A DNA stretch of 64,000 nucleotides from an uncultured SAR86 cluster bacterium (lineage in GTDB: Bacteria > Pseudomonadota > Gammaproteobacteria > Magnimaribacterales > D2472), in contig CACOLO010000001.1 in the NCBI GenBank assembly GCA_902628085.1, positions 153,403 to 217,402 of the forward strand, written 5' to 3'. The notes under the pieces were generated by a model. The model did no database searches. It saw only the letters and a list, made by a program, of their open reading frames with translations, and had not been told where the DNA came from. Within the stretch, counting starts at the first letter, position 1. Every line of letters starts with the position of its first letter. Positions 19,104 through 28,356 of this stretch are shown here, one piece after another. Position numbers and translations under genes: made by a program.

Positions 19104-19898
19104 TTGAAAAATAAAATTTTTGTATTTTTTATTATTGGTTTTATTTTGTATCTTATTGATATAGGGTTAAATAATTATGATGATAAAGAAATCTTCATTA
19201 GCGACAGCGAAATTACAAGCTTAATTACTGCATGGCGATCTCAAGTAGGTAGAAACCCTAATGATGACGAAGTTGCAAGGATAATCAACGATCTAGTCCA
19301 AGAGGAAATTTTATACAGAGAAGCATTAAAGTTGGGTCTTGATCAAGACGATAGAATTATTAAAAGGAGACTAGCTCAAAAATTATCATTTTTAAAACAA
19401 GAATCAGTTGAAAAATTACCATCAAGTCAAGAATTAAAAGATTTTTTTAATGATAATAAAGAAAAATATTATATAGAACCTGAATATACATTTACCCACT
19501 ATTTTTTTTCTTCTGAAAACAACTCTTTTGATAGATCAAATAAAGCAATAAAAGATATTTACGGAAATAAACAAATTAATGCTGATCCTTTTCTATTAGG
19601 CAAAAATTTTGTTGATGTTAATCTTAATAAAATTAAAAATGATTTTGGAGAAAGTTTTACTCAGTCTATTAAAAATATGGAGTTAAATAAATGGGAAGGA
19701 CCCATTAAATCACCTTATGGGCATCATATAGTTTTTATTTCGAATTATAAGAATGGCTATTTTCCAGAAATATCTATGGTATTGAAACAAGTTGAAATTG
19801 ACTTACTCCAATTAAGAAGAGATAGTGCAATTCAAGAATATTTAGAAGAAATACAGTCAGAATATAAGATTTACATAAATCCAGAGTTAACATTTTGA
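19104..19898 (+). CDS. Membrane-anchored parvulin-like peptidyl-prolyl isomerase family protein
   Basis: N-terminal TM helix, a SurA_N-like helical region (EILYREALKLGLDQDDRIIKRRL) and a C-terminal GPIKSPYGHHIVFI parvulin-like block. TTG start. Confidence 0.65.
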   Translation: MKNKIFVFFIIGFILYLIDIGLNNYDDKEIFISDSEITSLITAWRSQVGRNPNDDEVARIINDLVQEEILYREALKLGLDQDDRIIKRRLAQKLSFLKQESVEKLPSSQELKDFFNDNKEKYYIEPEYTFTHYFFSSENNSFDRSNKAIKDIYGNKQINADPFLLGKNFVDVNLNKIKNDFGESFTQSIKNMELNKWEGPIKSPYGHHIVFISNYKNGYFPEISMVLKQVEIDLLQLRRDSAIQEYLEEIQSEYKIYINPELTF

Positions 19899-20851
19899 TA
19901 AAGAAGCTTTATCTTGTTTTATTTCTTTTTGCCATAACACATGTTAGTGCACATGAATTTAATCCGGCACATCTAGTTATTAATGAATTAAATGATGAAT
20001 TAAATACATACGAAGCAACCTGGATGTATCCATATAAAAATATAGGAACAAGAGGCGAAGTAATCTTCCCAGATTTTTGTTCAGTAGAATCAAAAGATTT
20101 ATATTACCAAGGGAAGTATATTAATGAGGAGTTAGATTTGACTTGCTCTTCAACAATTAAAGGATCCTTAATTGAGATTACAAAATTAAGTGTTTTAACA
20201 GATGCATTAGTAACAATCAATTTCTCTAATGACGAAACATTCGAGGGATTAGTTAATAATAAAAATACATCTATATTAGTCCCAAATAAGAACGAATATT
20301 TGCCAACTTCATACATTTATCTCGGTTTTGATCATTTATTAAATGGACTAGATCATATTTTATTTGTGGTTGGCCTTATGTTCTTAGTTGCAGGAACTAT
20401 AAATCTTATTAAAACAATCACCGCATTTACTATTGCACATAGCATTACTCTTGGATTATCAGTTTTTAATGTAATCAAATTACCACAAGCTACAATTGAG
20501 ATAATGATTGCATTGACGATAGTCTACTTGGCAGCAGAAATAAAAAATTCAAAAAAATATGAATTTACTCCTTGGAATTTAGCTTTTGGATTTGGTTTAT
20601 TGCATGGTTTGGGTTTTGCAGGCGCTTTGTCTGATATTGGCATAGAAAATAATGAAATACTTTTATCTTTATTATTTTTTAATATAGGCATAGAAATAGG
20701 ACAGTTGGTTCTCATACCCTTTATATGGATATTTATTTTTATTGCAAATAACTATAATTTTTATAAAAAAAGTGTTGTCTTTAGCTCATATTTTGTTGGA
20801 TCAATGGGCGCATATTGGGTTATAAGTCGTTTTATTAATTTATTTTATTAA
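19895..20851 (+). CDS. HupE/UreJ-like membrane protein with N-terminal periplasmic domain
   Basis: Signal peptide ending VSA|HEF, a soluble region of about 140 aa, then 6 TM helices with GFDHLLNGLDHILFVVGL and LLHGLGFAGAL motifs. TTGA overlap with the upstream gene. Confidence 0.65.
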   Translation: MIKKLYLVLFLFAITHVSAHEFNPAHLVINELNDELNTYEATWMYPYKNIGTRGEVIFPDFCSVESKDLYYQGKYINEELDLTCSSTIKGSLIEITKLSVLTDALVTINFSNDETFEGLVNNKNTSILVPNKNEYLPTSYIYLGFDHLLNGLDHILFVVGLMFLVAGTINLIKTITAFTIAHSITLGLSVFNVIKLPQATIEIMIALTIVYLAAEIKNSKKYEFTPWNLAFGFGLLHGLGFAGALSDIGIENNEILLSLLFFNIGIEIGQLVLIPFIWIFIFIANNYNFYKKSVVFSSYFVGSMGAYWVISRFINLFY

Positions 20852-20859
20852 TTTAATAT

Positions 20860-21768
20860 ATGAAAATGTATAAATATTTCGTTACATCTATTTGTTTATT
20901 TTTTTCATTATCCTTAATTTCTGAAACTACATTAATAATTCTTGGTTCAGGAACTCCTAATCCAAACCCTGAAAGATATGGATCAAGTTATGCCGTTGTT
21001 GTTGATGATAAAGCTTATATAGTAGATTTTGGTCCTGGTTCAGTCAGACGCATGGCCGCAATGTCAAAAACTTGGGGTGGAGAATTTGAACAGCTTGAAT
21101 TACAAAATATTTCGATTGCTTTTTTAACACATATTCATAGTGATCATTCAGCAGGACTGTCAGATTTAATACTTACGCCTTGGGTGATGGGTAGATCAAC
21201 TGAATTAGAACTGTTTGGTCCTCCTGGTTTACAAAAAATGGCAGAACATGTAACTAAAGCATATGAAGACGACATTAAGTATAGATTATATGGATCTCAG
21301 CCCGCTAATAATAAGGGTTATATATCTATAGTTGAAGAGATTGAAAATGATGGATCTATTTACAAAGATAAAAATGTTGAAGTCATTGCATTTAAAAACG
21401 ATCATGGAGACTTTGAAAATTCTTTTGGCTTTTTATTTATTACAAAAGACAAACGAATTTTATTTTCTGGAGATACTGGCGTAAGTGATAATTTAATGAA
21501 TTATGGAGAAAATTTAGACATACTAGTCCATGAAGTCTATTCAAGTGAGACTTTTAAAAATAAAACAGATGATTGGCAAATCTATCATAATGCTCATCAT
21601 ACATCTTCAATCGATCTTGGGATTATTGCTAATAAACTCAAGCCAAAAAAATTAGTTCTTTCCCATATATTATTCTGGGGGGCAACAGAGGAGTCACTTC
21701 TTGATGATGTAAAGTCTAATTTCGATGGCAACGCGATTATTGCTAAAGACCTAATGGTTATAAGATAA
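20860..21768 (+). CDS. Exported MBL-fold metallo-hydrolase
   Basis: Signal peptide and the HxHxDH motif (THIHSDHSAG); 302 aa. Confidence 0.8.
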   Translation: MKMYKYFVTSICLFFSLSLISETTLIILGSGTPNPNPERYGSSYAVVVDDKAYIVDFGPGSVRRMAAMSKTWGGEFEQLELQNISIAFLTHIHSDHSAGLSDLILTPWVMGRSTELELFGPPGLQKMAEHVTKAYEDDIKYRLYGSQPANNKGYISIVEEIENDGSIYKDKNVEVIAFKNDHGDFENSFGFLFITKDKRILFSGDTGVSDNLMNYGENLDILVHEVYSSETFKNKTDDWQIYHNAHHTSSIDLGIIANKLKPKKLVLSHILFWGATEESLLDDVKSNFDGNAIIAKDLMVIR

Positions 21769-21912
21769 AGTAAGTTTCTCCAATAATATAACCGCACATA
21801 AAAAATGCAAAAGCCCAAAGTGGCTCTGTTTTACAAAAGTGTATAACTCTTAAAATATAGTCAGTCATAACTATATTAAAGCAATTTATATGCCAATTAT
21901 GATTATATAGAA

Positions 21913-21990
21913 TGGCGCGCCCGGAGAGATTTGAACTCCCGACCTCTTGGTTCGTAGCCAAGCACTCTAATCCAACTGAGCTACGGGCGC
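21913..21990 (-). tRNA. tRNA-Arg (anticodon ACG)
   Basis: Hand fold: acceptor GCGCCCG/CGGGCGC, anticodon loop CTACGAA, T-loop TTCAAAT, encoded CCA. Confidence 0.9.
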
Positions 21991-21994
21991 GATT

Positions 21995-22165
21995 TTATAG
22001 TTTTCTTGCTTCCTCTGGCAACATAACTGGAATACCATCTTTGATAGGATAAGCTAAGCCAGACTCTTCACAAATGAGCTCATGTGTATCTTCATTCAGA
22101 TACAGTGATTTTTTTGTTACAGGACATACTAGAATATCTAGTAATTGTTCATCTATAATTGCCAT
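21995..22165 (-). CDS. Trm112/YcaR (UPF0434) family small protein; not in the ORF track (56 aa)
   Basis: My translation is [56 protein letters not shown]. The LLxILxCPxxK...AYPIxDGIPVML pattern is the family signature. Confidence 0.75.
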   Translation of the reverse strand: MAIIDEQLLDILVCPVTKKSLYLNEDTHELICEESGLAYPIKDGIPVMLPEEARKL

Positions 22166-22239
22166 AGCCGGAAAGTATACATGATGAAAGAAATTTTGTT
22201 TATATATGTTTCTTGTTACCCTAAAAATACTTTAAATTT

Positions 22240-22998
22240 ATGAATTCACTTAATTTAATCGCATTAGAAGATATTCCTTTTATCAAACCTGGGGATGACA
22301 TTGCTGAAATCATTTTTAATTCAATAAACAAAAATAAAGTTGCAGTCTCTGATGATGATATTTTTGTTATTGCACAAAAGATAATTTCTAAATCTGAAAA
22401 CAGGTATATGAATTTAGACGAAGTGGAGACAACTAAAAATGCTGAAAAAATTGCTCTAAAGTTAAACAAAGATCCTAGATTAGTCCAAACAATAATTAAT
22501 GAATCTAATAAAATTATTTCAATAGAAAAAAAAATACTTATAGTTGAACACAAGCTTGGGCATGTATGCGTAAATGCAGGAGTTGATCAATCAAATATAG
22601 CAAATGACAACTCAGTACTTTTACTACCTGAGAATCCATCAGAATCTTCAAAACAGCTTCAGGTGAAATTGTCACATTTACTTAATAAAAATATTTCTAT
22701 TATTATCACTGACTCTATGACAAGACCTTTCAGGTATGGTGTTATAAACTTTGCATTATCTAGTTCAAAAATTCAAAGTCTAATTGATCTAAAGGGAAGT
22801 AATGATATTTATGGTAATAAAATAAAAGGAACAGAAGTAGCACTAGCAGATGAATTAGCAGCAGCTGCAGGTTTATTAATGGGGCAAAGTAATGAAAAAA
22901 AGCCTGTTGTAATTATTAAAGGTTATCAAGGTATTAATGAAATTGATAAAGATGCTGTAAATTTGATTGTTAAAGACGATGATGATTTATATAGATAA
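22240..22998 (+). CDS. CofE-like protein (F420-0:gamma-glutamyl ligase family)
   Basis: 252 aa with the NAGVDQSN motif and a C-terminal VVIIKG block, as in the CofE/FbiB N-terminal domain. Confidence 0.65.
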   Translation: MNSLNLIALEDIPFIKPGDDIAEIIFNSINKNKVAVSDDDIFVIAQKIISKSENRYMNLDEVETTKNAEKIALKLNKDPRLVQTIINESNKIISIEKKILIVEHKLGHVCVNAGVDQSNIANDNSVLLLPENPSESSKQLQVKLSHLLNKNISIIITDSMTRPFRYGVINFALSSSKIQSLIDLKGSNDIYGNKIKGTEVALADELAAAAGLLMGQSNEKKPVVIIKGYQGINEIDKDAVNLIVKDDDDLYR

Positions 22999-23013
22999 AT
23001 TTATAATTATTTT

Positions 23014-23757
23014 ATGAAATTAAGTATTAATTTAAATAAAATTGCACTATTAAGAAATGCAAGAGGTGAGAATTATCCAAATCTTGAACTTTATGCAAAT
23101 AAAGCAATTGACTTAGGTGTAGACGGTTTAACTCTTCATCCAAGACCAGATCACAGACATGCTACCAGTAATGATGTTATCAATTTAGCTCAAATTGCCA
23201 AAAATCGATCCGTAGAATTCAATATTGAAGGTAATCCATTTTCTAAACCAAATAATTCTTTTCAAGGATTTTATGAACTAGTTAAAATTATTACTCCAGA
23301 TCAAATCACCTTAGTTCCAGATAATGTAGATCAAATAACATCCGATCATGGATGGTCAAGCGGGGATCATGATATTGATTTAAAAAATATTATTATGAAA
23401 TTAAGAGATGTATCCAATAAATCTCAAATTAGCTTGTTTATTGATAATTTAAATGGAATTGAATATGCATATGAAATGGGAGTCGATTTAATAGAGATTC
23501 ATACAGGAGAATTCTCAAAAGGAATTGAAAAAAATGACATGTCTGTTCTAACAAATATTCAAAATATGATAAATCTTGCAAATGAATTGGGTTTGAAAAT
23601 TAATGCAGGTCATGATTTAAATCTAGATAATCTGAAATATCTAGTCGACATGGGAAACATAAATGAAGTGTCTATCGGACATGCTATTATAGTAGACTCA
23701 TTAAACTTTGGTTTTGAAACAACCATAAAAAAATATTTGGATATTATTAGGAATTAA
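23014..23757 (+). CDS. pdxJ: Pyridoxine 5'-phosphate synthase
   Basis: LRNARG, HPRPDHRH, EGNP, HTG and NAGHDLN motifs; 247 aa. Confidence 0.85.
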   Translation: MKLSINLNKIALLRNARGENYPNLELYANKAIDLGVDGLTLHPRPDHRHATSNDVINLAQIAKNRSVEFNIEGNPFSKPNNSFQGFYELVKIITPDQITLVPDNVDQITSDHGWSSGDHDIDLKNIIMKLRDVSNKSQISLFIDNLNGIEYAYEMGVDLIEIHTGEFSKGIEKNDMSVLTNIQNMINLANELGLKINAGHDLNLDNLKYLVDMGNINEVSIGHAIIVDSLNFGFETTIKKYLDIIRN

Positions 23758-23758
23758 T

Positions 23759-24073
23759 ATGAATATAGAAGAAAAACTGAGAGAACAAATTAAAGAAAAT
23801 AATATATTAATATATATGAAAGGTACTCCCTATGAGCCAAGATGTGGCTTTTCGGCCAGAACTGTGCAGATATTAATTGAATGTGACTCAGAGTTTAGCT
23901 ATGTTGATATTCTTGAAAACAATGATGTAAGAACAACACTTCCTAAAGTCTCTGATTGGCCAACATTTCCTCAGGTATTTATTAAAGGTGAGCTAATAGG
24001 TGGCGCAGATATAATTGCTCAAATGCATGAGAGCGGTGAACTGAAGAAACTTATTGATTCAATAAACGCCTAG
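23759..24073 (+). CDS. grxD: Monothiol glutaredoxin (Grx4 family)
   Basis: CGFS active site and WPTFPQVFIKGELIGG; 104 aa. Confidence 0.9.
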   Translation: MNIEEKLREQIKENNILIYMKGTPYEPRCGFSARTVQILIECDSEFSYVDILENNDVRTTLPKVSDWPTFPQVFIKGELIGGADIIAQMHESGELKKLIDSINA

Positions 24074-24654
24074 TTATCAAAATCATTTACAATTTTACAA
24101 AAAACCTCTGCTGTAACTTTTGTGTCATAGGCTGCAGAATGTGCCTCATTGTTGTCATATTCTATTGATAATTCATCACAAATTCTGGCTAAAACAGTTT
24201 GACCGGTGGCAAGGGCGCCCAATGATACAGTATCAATTACTGAAAATTTGTGAAATGGTGTTTTTTTTATATTATTTCTTTCAACAGCGGCATCAAGGAA
24301 AGATTTATCAAAATGAGCATTATGTCCAACTAAAATTGCTCTAGAACATTCGTATTTATTCTTTGTTTTATTAATTATTTTAAATAAGTCATCAAGAGCT
24401 TCAATCTCATTAATGGCATTTCTCAAGGGATGATCTAATTTTATTTTAGTAAATTCAAGAGACTCTTTCTCAACTATAGAATCTTGAAAGGGTGCTATAT
24501 GATGTCTGATAGTCTCACCAGGTATTATATTTCCATTCTCAAACTCAATTAAAGTTATAGCAATTTCTAGAATGGCATTCTTTTTTGGATCAAAGCCTCC
24601 TGTTTCAATATCAACAACGACTGGAAGGTATTTTCTAAATCTATTTTTTAACAC
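24070..24654 (-). CDS. rnt: Ribonuclease T
   Basis: DEDDh exonuclease motifs VVVDIETGGF, VGHNAHFD and HSAAYD. Convergent with grxD, as in E. coli. Confidence 0.85.
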   Translation of the reverse strand: MLKNRFRKYLPVVVDIETGGFDPKKNAILEIAITLIEFENGNIIPGETIRHHIAPFQDSIVEKESLEFTKIKLDHPLRNAINEIEALDDLFKIINKTKNKYECSRAILVGHNAHFDKSFLDAAVERNNIKKTPFHKFSVIDTVSLGALATGQTVLARICDELSIEYDNNEAHSAAYDTKVTAEVFCKIVNDFDN

Positions 24655-25678
24655 CTAATTTTTCTTGAAGTTTTGAATTTGAAGTAGTGTATCCAAATGG
24701 AACTCTTTCACCGGGATATATTCGCTTATAAGCCTCTTGAACCGCAAGAGTTGTTTCATGAAATCCTGAAAGTATTAAATCTAATTTGCCTGGATAATCA
24801 TTAATATCACCTACTGCAAAAATACCATCTTTATTTGTTTGATAGTTTTCAGTATTTACTTTTATTTTTTTACCATTTAGGTCAATATCCCAATCTAAAA
24901 TTGGACCAAGTTTTTTATTTAATCCAAATAGAAATAATAATTCATCAGCTTCATAATCTTCAATTTCATTTGATTCAAAATTTTTTAATGTAATTGACTC
25001 TACGATGTCATCTCCTTCGATTGAGTTTATAAGGTAAGGCGTTAATAAATTAACTTTTCCTTTTTCTACCAATGCACGCATTTGCTCTTCGGTATGCTGT
25101 GCACCTCTAAAAGCATCTCTTCTATGAACTAATGTCACTAATTTAGCAACTTTAGATAACTCTACTGTCCAATCAAGTGCAGAGTCACCTCCACCAAATA
25201 TTACGACATTCTTATTTTTATATTTATCAACTGAGCGAACAGCATATTCCACACCTTTGCCAAGATATTTATCTGGATCTTCAATATTTGGTGGTCGTCT
25301 AGGCTCAAATGATCCTGCCCCTGCAGCAATAAATATATTTTTTGATATAAATTCTTTGTCTTCTGTTGTTTTTACTTTCCAAAAAGATTCATTTTCAAGA
25401 GTAATCTCTTCAATCAAATCAACTCTCTCAGATAAATGAAGATCATAATTAAAGGGTTTGATTTGCTCTAATAAAGCATCTACATGCTCTTGCGCTGTTT
25501 GAAAGGGTACTCCCGGAATATCGTATATTGGTTTTTCAGGATACAACTCAGCACACTGACCACCTGGCTTATCAAGATTATCAATCAGTGTACAATTTAA
25601 ACCGAGTAAGCCGGCCTCAAATACAGTAAATAATCCTACTGGCCCAGCACCAATAATTAATATGTCTGTTTTATTCAT
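24641..25678 (-). CDS. Ferredoxin-NADP+ reductase (thioredoxin-reductase-like type)
   Basis: IIGAGPVGL FAD-binding motif and a second GGGDSALD dinucleotide motif. 345 aa with no CxxC. Confidence 0.8.
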   Translation of the reverse strand: MNKTDILIIGAGPVGLFTVFEAGLLGLNCTLIDNLDKPGGQCAELYPEKPIYDIPGVPFQTAQEHVDALLEQIKPFNYDLHLSERVDLIEEITLENESFWKVKTTEDKEFISKNIFIAAGAGSFEPRRPPNIEDPDKYLGKGVEYAVRSVDKYKNKNVVIFGGGDSALDWTVELSKVAKLVTLVHRRDAFRGAQHTEEQMRALVEKGKVNLLTPYLINSIEGDDIVESITLKNFESNEIEDYEADELLFLFGLNKKLGPILDWDIDLNGKKIKVNTENYQTNKDGIFAVGDINDYPGKLDLILSGFHETTLAVQEAYKRIYPGERVPFGYTTSNSKLQEKLGVKK

Positions 25679-27633
25679 TATCTTACCTTCATTCCTGGTT
25701 CAGCACCTTCATCAGGTGAAACTAAATAAATACCATCGTCATTGCTTGAAGCTAGAACCATTCCCTCAGATATTCCAAATTTCATTTTTCTTGGCTCCAG
25801 ATTATTTACAAGAACAACTAATCTGTCAGTTAACTCGTCTGGCTTGTAAGCACTTTTAATACCCGCAAAAACATTTCTTGTTCCAAGGTCACCAACATCA
25901 AGAGTTAGCTGTAGTAGTTTGTCAGCACCTTCAACATCATCGGCTTTAGTGATTTTAGCTACTCTTAAATCAACTGATGAAAAATGATTAATATCAATTA
26001 AATTTACGTTATCCATATCTTCTTCCTCTGGAATTATTATTTTTTCAAGTCTATTTAGCAATGGTTTGTAATTATTTATTTTTTTAGTTAAGGGTTTTTC
26101 AATGCTATCAAATGTAAAGTCAATAATATTTAAAAAATTAAATGCCTCATTTGTTAAATTTGGTATCACTGGATGAAGATAAATCGATAAGATTTTAAAT
26201 GCATTAAGTGCGGTAGTGCTTATTTTTACGGCTTCATCTTCATCTTTTTTCCAAGGCGTTTCTTCGTTAATATATTTATTGACATAATCAGCTAAATCCA
26301 TAATTAATCTTATTACTTTTGAGTATTCTCTTTTTTCATATAAATTAATTATTTCATCTTTTTTATTAAGCAATGAATTAATTATTTCTGCATTTATGTC
26401 ATCTGATAAGTTATTTTTATTTTTCTTTAAAAAAGAAGCTGATCTCGATGCTATATTGAGATACTTGCCCACTAAATCAGAATTTATTCTTTGTACATAA
26501 TCATCAAAATTTAGATCGATATCTTCAACCTTATTATTAAGTTTTGCTGCGAAATAATATCGTAATGTTTCTGGATTGGTAATCTTTGCAAAATCCTTTG
26601 CTAATATTCCAGTTCCAAGAGACTTTGACATCTTTTCTCCATTTATAGTTAAAAAACCATGAACATTAATACCACTTGGAAGTTTCAATTTTGCTGAGCT
26701 TAACAAAGCTGGCCAAAAGAGCCCATGAAAATATGCAATATCTTTTCCAATGAAATGATAAATTTCATATGATGAGTTTTCAGACCATAGATCCTCCATC
26801 TCAATTTGATTTGAATTTGCCCAGTTAGAGATCGAGGCGATGTATCCTATTGGTGCATCCACCCAAACATAAAAGAATTTATTATCTTCACCAGGAATTT
26901 CAAAACCAAAATAAGGTGCATCTCTTGAGATATCCCACTTTTTTAAATCATCGCCAAGCCATTCTTTTAACTTATTTTTCATAGATTCTTGAATATCGAC
27001 TTTCTCTATAAATTCCTTGAGCATATCTCTCTTTGCTGGCAGATCAAAAAAAATATGCTCACTTTCTTTTTTAACAGGTTTTGTATTTGAAATTGTAGAA
27101 ACTGGGTTTTCAATTTCTAGAACATTGTAAGATGCGCCACATACTCCACAGTTATCACCGTGTTGATTTTCAGCACCACATTTTGGGCACGCACCTTTAA
27201 TAAATCTATCCGAAAGAAACATTTTTTCTGTTTCATCAAAGTATTGTTCTACTACTGATTTTGAAATTAGTTTGTTTTTTTTTGCACATTTATATATAAA
27301 TTCAGAATATTTTTTATTTTCATCGCTGTGAGTTGAATAAAAATTGGCAAAATTAATATCATAAAGTTCATAAGTAGATTTATGGTCTTGATATACATCT
27401 TCAATTAATTTCTCAGGCGTAATACCCATTTCATTTGCTTTAAGCATCACAGGTGTTCCGTGAGTATCATCAGCGCAGAAAAAATGACATTCATTGCCAT
27501 TAAGATTCTGGAATCTTGTCCAAATATCTGTTTGAACTGCTTCTAGAATGTGCCCAAGATGCAATGGCGCATTTGCATAAGGTAAGGCCTGTGTAACAAG
27601 TATTTTTCTATTATTTTTTATAGGTATGTCCAT
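25678..27633 (-). CDS. metG: Methionine-tRNA ligase
   Basis: HLGH and KMSKS motifs, a Cys-rich zinc knuckle, and a C-terminal Trbp111-like tRNA-binding domain. Confidence 0.95.
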   Translation of the reverse strand: MDIPIKNNRKILVTQALPYANAPLHLGHILEAVQTDIWTRFQNLNGNECHFFCADDTHGTPVMLKANEMGITPEKLIEDVYQDHKSTYELYDINFANFYSTHSDENKKYSEFIYKCAKKNKLISKSVVEQYFDETEKMFLSDRFIKGACPKCGAENQHGDNCGVCGASYNVLEIENPVSTISNTKPVKKESEHIFFDLPAKRDMLKEFIEKVDIQESMKNKLKEWLGDDLKKWDISRDAPYFGFEIPGEDNKFFYVWVDAPIGYIASISNWANSNQIEMEDLWSENSSYEIYHFIGKDIAYFHGLFWPALLSSAKLKLPSGINVHGFLTINGEKMSKSLGTGILAKDFAKITNPETLRYYFAAKLNNKVEDIDLNFDDYVQRINSDLVGKYLNIASRSASFLKKNKNNLSDDINAEIINSLLNKKDEIINLYEKREYSKVIRLIMDLADYVNKYINEETPWKKDEDEAVKISTTALNAFKILSIYLHPVIPNLTNEAFNFLNIIDFTFDSIEKPLTKKINNYKPLLNRLEKIIIPEEEDMDNVNLIDINHFSSVDLRVAKITKADDVEGADKLLQLTLDVGDLGTRNVFAGIKSAYKPDELTDRLVVLVNNLEPRKMKFGISEGMVLASSNDDGIYLVSPDEGAEPGMKVR

Positions 27634-27668
27634 CTAATAAATGTATTATATGTGAAATATTAATTGAT

Positions 27669-28349
27669 ATGTCCATTAAAAATATTATCGCAATTTGTTC
27701 TGCTAAGGGCGGTGTAGGCAAAAGCACAATTACGGCTGCTATTGCACTTAGCATATCAAAACATTATCAAGTCGGTATCTTAGATGCTGATGTTTATGGA
27801 CCGAATCAACATATACTATTTGATATAAAGGATAAGCCTCATTTCATAACAAAGAATGATGATAAGTACATAAAACCATTTATAAGTAAAAATATTGAGA
27901 TTATGTCTATGGGTTTAATGACTGAATCTGACGAAGCTGTTGCATGGAGAGGCCCAATGTTAAGCAGCGCTGTTAGACAACTTTCGAAGTCTACTAAATG
28001 GAGTAATTTAGATTTCTTATTTATAGATATGCCACCTGGCACTGGTGATACTTACCTAACTATTTTTAAGGAATTAAATTTATCAAATGTAATTCTTGTT
28101 ACTACACCAAATAAGCTTTCATATGCAGACATTAAAAAAACTATTAATTTAGTTAATAAGTTTAATGTTCCCATTATGGGCTATATTGAAAATAATATAT
28201 TTAATCAAGATAAAGATACTTTCTCAGAAAAATTAAGTATTAATAAATTAGGGAAATTTAATTTCTCTGAAAAAATGCTGAATTTTGATTTAGATAACGA
28301 TATTGAAGATGCAGACCTTATCTCTGAGAAAATTATTGCACATGTATAA
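27669..28349 (+). CDS. Mrp/ApbC-family P-loop ATPase (short form)
   Basis: Deviant Walker A KGGVGKST and FIDMPPGTGD. Divergent from metG, as for E. coli mrp. Only 226 aa. Confidence 0.8.
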   Translation: MSIKNIIAICSAKGGVGKSTITAAIALSISKHYQVGILDADVYGPNQHILFDIKDKPHFITKNDDKYIKPFISKNIEIMSMGLMTESDEAVAWRGPMLSSAVRQLSKSTKWSNLDFLFIDMPPGTGDTYLTIFKELNLSNVILVTTPNKLSYADIKKTINLVNKFNVPIMGYIENNIFNQDKDTFSEKLSINKLGKFNFSEKMLNFDLDNDIEDADLISEKIIAHV

Positions 28350-28356
28350 TTTATAT

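Noticed and set aside
21758-21961. 67-aa ORF on the - strand, including a hydrophobic 36-aa C-terminal part from an internal Met at 21868
   Set aside because: The N-terminal half is tRNA-Arg(ACG) read as codons. The remaining 36-aa piece overlaps the MBL gene end, has no RBS, and nothing supports it.
16754-21990. Mobile island bounded by the two tRNA-Arg genes
   Set aside because: There are no integrase, transposase or phage genes, and composition looks like the rest of the window. Both tRNAs are complete genes rather than a tRNA plus a partial att repeat. I kept only the weaker repeat-mediated gain or loss idea as a finding.
28303-28356. Listed upstream start of mlaA overlapping mrp by 47 nt
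   Set aside because: ATG 28357 gives a normal signal peptide (MKFPFLLTTIILSLNVFS) and removes the overlap. The extension has no homology support.
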